Of a stretch of DNA of 32,000 bases, positions 23,396-32,000 are shown in pieces. Below the pieces are notes generated by a model that saw only the letters and a list, made by a program, of their open reading frames with translations, had not been told where the DNA came from and did not search any database. The position numbers were made by a program, and so were the translations under genes. The DNA comes from Mycobacterium tuberculosis H37Rv (lineage in GTDB: Bacteria; Actinomycetota; Actinomycetes; Mycobacteriales; Mycobacteriaceae). Position 1 is the stretch's first letter. Each line of letters starts with the position of its first letter. The stretch lies in NCBI RefSeq assembly GCF_000195955.2, contig NC_000962.3:1290001-1322000 (forward strand). The letters are read 5' to 3'.

Positions 23396-23724
23396 CGTGC
23401 GGCTCGTGCGGATCACACGCGCGGTGCATGCTGCTGTGGCTGTCGAGCAGTGTTGCTACCTTAACTTTCCCAGGCCTACGACGTCTGGTAGCGGCATGGC
23501 AACGGCCTGTGAGTTGGCTGGATAATGTGTTCTTCGTCGTGCTGTGGCCTGCAGATTAACAAGTCCCACAACAGTTTTCCCGTTGTATCGGACCTTGCAG
23601 CATGCGATGCTTTCGTCTTGAGCCACTACCATGAAGTTAGTACGCTAAACAATCCTGAGCCCGAATGTGTTGGTAAATGGGGTTTGGGAGCATTCACCCA
23701 CGGCTGGTACAGGGGGACTGCGTA

Positions 23725-25191
23725 GTGCGCACCGCAACCGCCACATCGGTCGCCGTTATCGGCATGGCTTGCCGGCTCCCGGGCGGCATCGATTCCCCAC
23801 AACGCCTCTGGGAAGCGCTGTTACGCGGCGACGATTTGGTGGGTGAGATTCCCGCTGACCGGTGGGACGCGAACGTGTACTACGACCCCGAACCTGGTGT
23901 CCCTGGTCGATCGGTATCGCGTTGGGGCGCCTTTCTGGACGACGTCGGCGGGTTTGACTGCGATTTCTTCGGCCTGACCGAGCGGGAGGCGACCGCGATC
24001 GACCCACAGCACCGCTTGCTGCTGGAAGTGTCGTGGGAGGCTATCGAGCACGCGGGTGTGGACCCGGCGACGCTCGCTGAATCACAAACAGGTGTCTTCG
24101 TAGGACTGACACACGGCGACTACGAGCTGCTGTCCGCGGATTGCGGCGCCGCGGAAGGACCGTACGGATTCACCGGCACCAGTAACAGTTTCGCGTCCGG
24201 GCGAGTGGCCTACACACTCGGACTGCATGGCCCCGCGGTCACGGTGGACACCGCGTGCTCGTCCGGGTTGACGGCTGTGCATCAAGCCTGCCGCAGCCTG
24301 GATGACGGTGAAAGCGATCTCGCTCTTGCCGGTGGTGTGGTTGTCACGCTAGAACCGCGGAAGTCCGTCTCGGGTTCCCTGCAAGGCATGTTGTCGCCTA
24401 CCGGGCGTTGCCATGCCTTCGACGAAGCAGCTGATGGCTTCGTGTCCGGTGAGGGGTGCGTGGTCCTGCTGCTGAAGCGGCTACCGGATGCGGTGCGCGA
24501 CGGTGATCGTGTGCTGGCGATCGTTCGTGGCACCGCAGCCAACCAGGATGGCCGCACCGTGAATATCGCGGCGCCGTCGGCGCAGGCTCAGATCGCGGTG
24601 TATCAGCAAGCGTTGGCTGCAGCGGGCGTCGAAGCGTCGACGGTGGGGATGGTCGAAGCCCACGGCACCGGCACCCCCGTTGGAGATCCGGTCGAATACG
24701 CGAGCCTGGCCGCGGTGTACGGAACCGAGGGTCCGTGCGCGCTGACGTCGGTGAAAACAAACTTCGGTCACCTGCAGTCGGCATCGGGGCCCCTGGGGTT
24801 GATGAAGACAATCCTGGCGTTGCGGCATGGGGTTGTGCCGCAGAACCTGCACTTCTGCCGGCTGCCTGATCAGCTGGCTGAGATTGACACTGAACTCTTT
24901 GTGCCGCAAGCGAATACATCCTGGCCGGACAACACCGGACAGCCACGTCGCGCTGCGGTTTCCTCGTATGGAATGTCGGGTACCAACGTGCATGCCATCT
25001 TGGAGCAAGCGCCGGTATCAGAACCAGCGGCTTCGGGACCTGAGCTCACTCCCGAAGCCGGTGGGCTGGCGTTGTTTCCGGTGTCGGCTACCTCGGCTGA
25101 GCAACTACACGTCACGGCCGCCCGGCTGGCGGATTGGGTCGACCAGAACGGCAACGCGGGCAGTCGAGTTAGCATGCGGGACCTGGGCTAA
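23725..25191 (+). CDS. pks3: Polyketide beta-ketoacyl synthase (KS) part, 488 aa; N-terminal portion of a split MAS-like PKS, GTG start
   Basis: AGGGGGAC Shine-Dalgarno, KS domain with DTACSSG active-site motif, [24 protein letters not shown]. Ends at TAA 25189-25191. Confidence 0.93.
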   Translation: MRTATATSVAVIGMACRLPGGIDSPQRLWEALLRGDDLVGEIPADRWDANVYYDPEPGVPGRSVSRWGAFLDDVGGFDCDFFGLTEREATAIDPQHRLLLEVSWEAIEHAGVDPATLAESQTGVFVGLTHGDYELLSADCGAAEGPYGFTGTSNSFASGRVAYTLGLHGPAVTVDTACSSGLTAVHQACRSLDDGESDLALAGGVVVTLEPRKSVSGSLQGMLSPTGRCHAFDEAADGFVSGEGCVVLLLKRLPDAVRDGDRVLAIVRGTAANQDGRTVNIAAPSAQAQIAVYQQALAAAGVEASTVGMVEAHGTGTPVGDPVEYASLAAVYGTEGPCALTSVKTNFGHLQSASGPLGLMKTILALRHGVVPQNLHFCRLPDQLAEIDTELFVPQANTSWPDNTGQPRRAAVSSYGMSGTNVHAILEQAPVSEPAASGPELTPEAGGLALFPVSATSAEQLHVTAARLADWVDQNGNAGSRVSMRDLG

Positions 25192-25233
25192 ACGCTGTCC
25201 TGCCGCCGTGCACACCGACCCGTCCGGACGGTT

Positions 25234-28200
25234 GTGACGGCGAGCAGTTTTGACGAGCTGAGCGCGGCGCTGCGGGACGTCGCTGGCGATCAGATTCCCT
25301 ATCAGCCCGCAGTGGGGCACGACGACCGCGGGCCGGTGTGGGTGTTCTCCGGGCAAGGCTCTCAGTGGCCCGGGATGGGCACTGAACTGCTGGTAGCCGA
25401 ACCGGTGTTCGCCGCCACCGTCGCGGCGATGGAGCCGGTGATCGCTAGGGAGTCAGGGTTTTCGGTGACCGAAGCGATGTCGGCGCCACAGACGGTCAGC
25501 GGTATTGACCGGGTGCAGCCCACCATCTTCGCGGTGCAGGTCGCCCTGGCCGCGGCCCTGAAGTCGTATGGGGTACGTCCTGGTGCCATCATCGGGCACT
25601 CGCTCGGCGAGGCTGCGGCAGCCGTGGTCGCCGGAGCACTGTCGCTGCACGACGGATTGCGAGTCATCTGCCGGCGCTCGCGGCTGATGTCGCGCATCGC
25701 CGGTAGTGGCGCGATGGCATCGGTGGAACTGCCCGGCCAACAAGTGTTGTCAGAACTTGCGATTCGTGGGATCTCCGACGTCGTGCTCTCGGTGGTTGCC
25801 TCTCCGACCTCAACCGTCGTCGGCGGCGCCACGCAGTCGATACGTGACCTGGTGGCGGCCTGGGAGCAGCAGGATGTGCTGGCGCGCGAGGTAGCTGTGG
25901 ACGTCGCTTCACATACACCGCAGGTCGATCCCATCCTGGACGAGTTGCTCGAGGTCCTGGCCGAGGTCGATCCGACGGCGCCGGAAATTCCGTATTACTC
26001 CGCAACGTTGTGGGATCCGCGCGAGCGACCGTCGTTCACCGGCGAGTACTGGGTGGAAAACCTGCGGTACACGGTGCGATTCGCGGCGGCGGTACAGGCC
26101 GCGCTCAAGGACGGGTACCGAGTGTTCGGCGAGCTGGCTCCGCATCCGCTGCTCACCTACGCGGTCGAGCAGAACGCCGCCAGTCTCGACATGCCGATCG
26201 CAACGCTTGCCGCGATGCGGCGCGGGGAACAGCTGCCGTTCGGGTTGCGCGGCTTCGTCGCCGACGTGCACAACGCCGGCGCCAAGGTGGACTTCTCTGT
26301 CCAGTACCCTGATGGGCGCTTGGTGGATGCGCCATTGCCGAGCTGGACGCACCGCACCCTGATGCTCAGCCGTGAGGATTCACACCGCTCGCACACCGGC
26401 GCGGTCCAGGCGGTTCATCCGCTGCTTGGGGCCCATGTGCACCTGTTGGAGGAACCGGAGCGTCACGTCTGGCAGGCCGGGGTTGGCACCGGGGCGCATC
26501 CGTGGCTCGGTGACCATCGGATACACAACGTGGCTGCGTTTCCCGGTGCGGCCTACTGTGAGATGGCATTGGCCGCGGCGCGCACCACTCTTGGCGAGCT
26601 GTCGGAGGTGCGCGACATCAAGTTCGAGCAGACGCTGTTGCTGGACGAGCAGACGGTGGTCTCATCGGCCGCGACGATCGCCGCGCCTGGGATCCTACAG
26701 TTCGCAGTCGAGAGTCATCAGGAAGGCGAGCCCGCACGGCGGGCCAGCGCGATGCTGCACGCATTGGAGGAGATGCCGCAGCCGCCCGGGTACGACACGA
26801 ACGCTCTGACCGCCGCCCATGAGTCCAGCATGAGCGGTGAGGAACTGCGAAAAATGTTTAACAGCTTAGGTATTCAGTATGGTCCGGCTTTTTCAGGCCT
26901 AGTTGCGGTGCACACGGCGCGCGGGGACGTCACCACAGTGCTCGCCGAGGTCGCGCTGCCTGGAGCCATCCGATCTCAGCAGTCGGCATATGCCAGCCAC
27001 CCGGCCCTGCTTGATGCGTGTTTCCAGTCGGTGCTTGTTCATCCCGAGGTCCAGAAGGCGACTGTCGGTGGTCTGATGCTGCCCGTGGGCGTGCGTAGGC
27101 TGCGCAACTATCACTCGACGCGCAGCGCGCACTACTGCCTCGCCCGGGTCACGTCATCGTCGCGAGCCGGCGAATGCGAAGCCGATCTCGACGTGTTCGA
27201 CCAGGCCGGAACGGTACTTTTGACCGTCGAGGGATTACGGCTGGCCGCAGGGATTTCCGAACATGAACGCGCGAACCGGGTGTTCGACGAGCGATTGTTG
27301 ACCATCGAGTGGGAGCGGGGTGAGCTGCCTGAGGTGCCGCAGATCGATGCGGGATCCTGGCTGCTGCTCAGTGCGTCCGAAGCTGATCCGCTGACCGCGC
27401 AACTCGCCGACGCGTTGAATGCCGTTGGTGCCCAGAGCACTAGCGTGGCTTCGGCGTCGGATGTCGCACAATTGCGTTCGCTGCTCGGAGGCAGGCTCAC
27501 CGGTGTTGTCGTGGTGACTGGCCCGCCAACGGGTGGTTTGACACAGTGCGGCCGCGACTATGTGTCACAGCTGGTGGGTATTGCCCGCGAGCTCGCGGAG
27601 CTGCCCGGTGAGCCGCCGCGGCTGTTCGTGGTGACCAGGAGCGCGGCGAGCGTGCTGCCGAGCGATCTTGCCAACTTGGAACAGGCGGGATTGCGTGGAC
27701 TGATGCGGGTGATCGATTCCGAGCATCCGCACCTGGGTGCCACCGCAATCGACGTCGACAACGACGAGACCGTCGCTGCCCTGGTGGCCAGCCAACTACA
27801 GAGCGGGTCGCAGGAGGACGAAACCGCTTGGCGCAATGGCATTTGGTACACCGCCCGGCTGCGTCCCGGTCCGTTACGCCCGGCCGAACGGCGAACCGCC
27901 GTCGTCGAATACAGACGCGACGGTATGCGCCTGCAGATCCGCACTCCCGGCGACCTCGAGTCGTTGGAGTTCGTCACATTCGACCGGGTCGCGCCGGGAC
28001 CGGGCGAGATCGAGGTCGCGGTGACCGCATCGAGTGTCAACTTCGCCGACGTTCTGGTCGCTTTCGGGCGGTATCCCACCTTCGAGGGCTACCGACAGCA
28101 GTTGGGCATCGACTTCGCCGGTGTGGTGACCGCGGTCGGGCCGGATGTCACCGAGCATCGGATCGGTGATCACGTCGGCGGCATGTCCGCCAATGGCTGC

Positions 28201-29982
28201 TGGAGCACATTCGTCAGATGCGATGCCCGGCTGGCGGTGACGCTCCCGCCCGAGCTGCCGGTGGCCGCCGCCGCCGCGGTACCGACCGCCTCCGCGACGG
28301 CTTGGTACGCCCTGCACGATCTGGCTCGCATCTGCTCGGACGACAAGGTGCTGATTCACTCGGGGACCGGTGGTGTCGGGCAGGCGGCGATCGCGATCGC
28401 ACGGGCCGCCGGATGCGAGATCTTCGCCACCGCGGGCAGTGCCCAGCGGCGACAACTGCTGCACGACATGGGTGTCGAGCATGTCTACGACTCACGGAGC
28501 ACCGAGTTCGCCGAGCAGATCCGAGGCGACACCGATGGGTATGGTGTCGACGTCGTACTCAACTCGCTGCCCGGCGCCGCACAACGTGCTGGGATCGAAT
28601 TGCTGGCCTTTGGCGGGCGATTCGTGGAGATCGGCAAACGTGACATCTACGGCGACACTCGGCTCGGGTTGTTCCCGTTCCGCCGCAACCTGTCGCTGTA
28701 TGCCGTCGACTTGGCGCTGCTGACACACAGCCACCCGCACACCGTCCGGCGCCTGCTGAAAACCGTCTACCAACACACGGTCGAGGGCACGCTGCCGGTG
28801 CCGCAGACCACGCACTATCCCATTCACGACGCTGCCGTTGCCATTCGTTTGGTCGGCGGAGCCGGGCACACCGGAAAAGTGGTGCTCGATGTGCCGCGTA
28901 CCGGTGAAGGCGTGGCCGTGGTGCCCCCCGAACAGGTCCGCACGTCCCGGCCCGACGGCGCCTATCTCGTCACCGGTGGTTTGGGCGGCCTCGGCCTGTT
29001 CCTTGCCGGCGAGCTGGCGGCGGCGGGCTGCGGACGCATCGTGCTCAACTCCCGTTCGACGCCCAGCCCGCACGCCACCAGGGTCATCGAGCGGCTCCGC
29101 GCCGCCGGTGCTGATATCCAGGTGGAATGCGGTGACATCGCTGATGCCGCAACGGCCCACCGAGTGGTGGCGGTGGCCACCGCCTCGGGCTTGCCGGTGC
29201 GCGGCGTGCTGCACGCGGCGGCGGTGGTCGAGGACGCTACGTTGGCCAATGTCACCGACGAACTTATCGACCGCTGTTGGGCGCCGAAGGTACACGGCGC
29301 GTGGAACATTCATCGGGCCACCGCCGCGCAGCCACTGGAGTGGTTCTGCTTGTTCTCCTCGGCCGCGGCCTTGGTGGGCTCGCCGGGTCAAGGCGCATAT
29401 GCGGCGGCCAACAGCTGGTTGGACGCTTTTGCCCACTGGCGGCGGGCGCAGGGCCTTCCGGCTACCTCAATCGCCTGGGGAGCATGGGCCGAGATTGGCC
29501 GCGCTACCGCGCTGGCCGAAGGCACCGGCGCAGCGATCGCGCCCGCCGAGGGTGCTCGAGCCTTCCAGACGCTGCTTCGCTACGGCCGGGCGTACTCCGG
29601 CTATGCCCCGATCATGGGTACCCCATGGTTGACGGCCTTTGCGCAACGTAGCCGATTTGCCGAAGCGTTCCACGCCACGGGCCAAAATCAACCGGCCACC
29701 GGGAAATTCCTCGCCGAACTGGGCAGCTTGCCCCGCGAAGAGTGGCCCCGCACAGTCAGGCGGTTGGTATCGGACCAGATCAGCCTGCTGCTGCGGCGAA
29801 CCATTGATCCGGACCGGCCGCTGTCCGACTATGGTTTGGATTCCTTGGGCAACTTGGAGTTGCGGACCCGCATCGAAACCGAAACGGGTATACGCGTCAG
29901 TCCCACAAAGATCACCACGGTTCGCGGCTTGGCCGAGCACGTGTGCGACGAGCTGGCAGCCGCCCAATCTGCGCCGGTCTGA
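25234..29982 (+). CDS. pks4: Polyketide synthase AT-DH-ER-KR-ACP part, 1582 aa; C-terminal portion of a split MAS-like PKS
   Basis: AT motif [14 protein letters not shown]; [19 protein letters not shown]; [20 protein letters not shown]; [20 protein letters not shown]; [16 protein letters not shown]. Same reading frame as pks3. Confidence 0.95.
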
Positions 29983-30034
29983 TGACGGCCCGGGTGAAGT
30001 CGTTGCGGAAGTTTGAGATCGAGCCGAGGAGGGC

Positions 30035-31453
30035 ATGTTGCGGGTTGGACCGTTGACAATAGGCACGCTGGACGACTGGGCGCCGAGCACGGGTTCGACT
30101 GTGTCATGGCGACCTTCGGCTGTCGCGCACACGAAAGCGTCGCAGGCGCCGATCAGCGATGTTCCGGTCAGTTATATGCAGGCGCAACATATTCGGGGCT
30201 ATTGCGAGCAAAAGGCAAAGGGACTCGACTACTCGCGGTTGATGGTCGTCAGCTGCCAGCAGCCCGGCCAGTGCGATATCCGGGCGGCCAACTACGTGAT
30301 CAACGCCCATCTCCGACGGCACGATACCTATCGCAGCTGGTTCCAATACAACGGCAACGGACAAATAATCCGGCGTACGATCCAGGATCCCGCCGACATC
30401 GAGTTCGTACCAGTTCATCATGGTGAGCTCACGCTGCCGCAAATTCGCGAGATCGTGCAGAACACGCCGGATCCCCTGCAATGGGGTTGTTTTCGGTTTG
30501 GGATCGTGCAAGGCTGCGACCATTTCACATTCTTTGCAAGTGTGGATCATGTGCATGTGGACGCGATGATCGTCGGTGTCACGCTCATGGAGTTCCACCT
30601 GATGTACGCAGCGCTGGTGGGCGGCCATGCCCCTCTCGAGCTACCGCCGGCAGGCAGCTACGACGACTTCTGCCGCCGACAACACACGTTCAGCTCCACC
30701 CTCACGGTGGAGTCGCCCCAGGTTCGCGCCTGGACGAAGTTCGCCGAAGGTACTAACGGTAGCTTTCCTGATTTTCCACTCCCACTTGGTGACCCATCGA
30801 AACCCAGTGACGCGGATATTGTCACCGTGATGATGCTCGATGAAGAGCAGACGGCTCAATTCGAGTCCGTCTGCACGGCTGCCGGCGCTCGGTTCATCGG
30901 TGGCGTACTAGCCTGCTGCGGCCTGGCTGAACACGAGTTGACCGGTACGACAACCTATTACGGACTAACGCCGCGCGACACGCGCCGCACTCCAGCGGAT
31001 GCCATGACCCAAGGTTGGTTCACCGGCCTAATTCCGATCACCGTCCCCATCGCCGGCTCGGCGTTCGGCGATGCCGCCCGAGCCGCGCAGACCTCGTTCG
31101 ACTCGGGCGTGAAGCTCGCCGAAGTACCCTACGACCGCGTCGTCGAATTGTCGTCCACGCTAACCATGCCACGACCGAACTTTCCCGTCGTCAACTTCCT
31201 CGACGCAGGCGCGGCTCCGCTTTCGGTACTGCTCACCGCGGAGTTAACCGGTACGAACATAGGAGTGTACAGCGACGGTCGCTACTCTTATCAACTGTCC
31301 ATCTACGTCATCCGCGTCGAGCAGGGGACGGCAGTGGCGGTCATGTTCCCCGACAACCCGATCGCCCGGGAATCGGTTGCCCGCTACCTGGCAACGCTGA
31401 AGTCTGTGTTCCAACGAGTCGCCGAGAGCGGGCAGCAGCAGAATGTTGCCTGA
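30035..31453 (+). CDS. papA3: Polyketide-associated acyltransferase, 472 aa
   Basis: GAGGAGG Shine-Dalgarno just upstream of ATG. HxxxD motif in VDHVHVDAMIVG. Adjacent to pks3/4 and mmpL10. Confidence 0.94.
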   Translation: MLRVGPLTIGTLDDWAPSTGSTVSWRPSAVAHTKASQAPISDVPVSYMQAQHIRGYCEQKAKGLDYSRLMVVSCQQPGQCDIRAANYVINAHLRRHDTYRSWFQYNGNGQIIRRTIQDPADIEFVPVHHGELTLPQIREIVQNTPDPLQWGCFRFGIVQGCDHFTFFASVDHVHVDAMIVGVTLMEFHLMYAALVGGHAPLELPPAGSYDDFCRRQHTFSSTLTVESPQVRAWTKFAEGTNGSFPDFPLPLGDPSKPSDADIVTVMMLDEEQTAQFESVCTAAGARFIGGVLACCGLAEHELTGTTTYYGLTPRDTRRTPADAMTQGWFTGLIPITVPIAGSAFGDAARAAQTSFDSGVKLAEVPYDRVVELSSTLTMPRPNFPVVNFLDAGAAPLSVLLTAELTGTNIGVYSDGRYSYQLSIYVIRVEQGTAVAVMFPDNPIARESVARYLATLKSVFQRVAESGQQQNVA

Positions 31454-31474
31454 TTCATTCCCGGTGGTGAACCC

Positions 31475-32000
31475 ATCTTCGCGCGGCTAGGTGAACTCGT
31501 CGCCCGGCGGCCTTGGGTTGTGGTCGGCTGTTGGGTCGCGCTCGCCCTGGTACTGCCGATGGCGGTGCCTTCACTGGCGGAGATGGCTCAGCGACATCCC
31601 GTCGCGGTCCTGCCTGCCGACGCGCCCTCCAGCGTCGCTGTTCGCCAGATGGCCGAGGCGTTCCACGAATCCGGCTCCGAGAATATCTTGGTAGTGCTGC
31701 TCACCGACGAGAAAGGCTTGGGAGCGGCGGACGAAAACGTCTACCACACATTGGTGGATCGTCTGCGAAACGACGCTAAAGACGTCGTGATGCTGCAGGA
31801 CTTCCTGACTACTCCGCCATTGCGTGAGGTGCTCGGTAGTAAAGATGGCAAGGCATGGATTCTGCCGATCGGTCTCGCGGGCGACCTGGGTACACCCAAG
31901 TCCTACCACGCTTACACCGACGTCGAACGCATCGTGAAACGAACTGTGGCCGGAACCACGTTGACGGCAAACGTGACAGGACCCGCAGCCACGGTGGCAG
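31475..32000 (+). CDS. mmpL10: MmpL family RND lipid transporter, N-terminal part (3' end outside window; start codon uncertain)
   Basis: Frame reads [63 protein letters not shown]..., a typical MmpL N-terminus, open to the window end. Confidence 0.9.
   Translation, partial: MFARLGELVARRPWVVVGCWVALALVLPMAVPSLAEMAQRHPVAVLPADAPSSVAVRQMAEAFHESGSENILVVLLTDEKGLGAADENVYHTLVDRLRNDAKDVVMLQDFLTTPPLREVLGSKDGKAWILPIGLAGDLGTPKSYHAYTDVERIVKRTVAGTTLTANVTGPAATVA

Noticed and set aside
20480-23725. Helicase plus hairpin plus neighbouring genes as an anti-phage defence island
   Set aside because: No nuclease, methyltransferase, toxin or integrase is adjacent, and the flanking genes are metabolic or lipid biosynthetic. 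Kept only as a weak hypothesis under the helicase finding.
28492-29436. 314-aa minus-strand ORF opposite pks4
   Set aside because: Overlaps the conserved ER/KR region of the PKS; no domain recognised.

Overview
The gene content and order match, from memory, the Mycobacterium tuberculosis complex region Rv1161-Rv1183 (H37Rv-like). I made no database comparison. Order: 3' end of narG, narH, narJ, narI, typA, lpqW, a TetR regulator, PPE17-PE11, mshB, a small membrane protein, PE12, fbiC, TB8.4, fadH with a PadR-like regulator, fdxC with a PLP aminotransferase, a large SF2 helicase-like protein, pks3/pks4 (a mycocerosic-acid-synthase-like PKS), papA3, and the 5' part of mmpL10. I see no convincing tRNA/rRNA, CRISPR array, IS element or prophage, and no clearly novel multi-gene system. 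The most notable signals are: (1) one in-frame TAA that splits an otherwise continuous KS-AT-DH-ER-KR-ACP polyketide synthase into pks3 and pks4; (2) a long, nearly perfect 65-nt hairpin in the divergent gap between the helicase gene and pks3; (3) a 35-codon ORF with a strong Shine-Dalgarno between mshB and the downstream membrane protein, preceded by a hairpin; (4) a 62-bp tandem repeat that starts exactly at the fbiC stop codon; (5) a helicase-like protein with an embedded Ala/Gly-rich hydrophobic segment; (6) no ATG/GTG/TTG start upstream of the conserved MmpL10 N-terminus.
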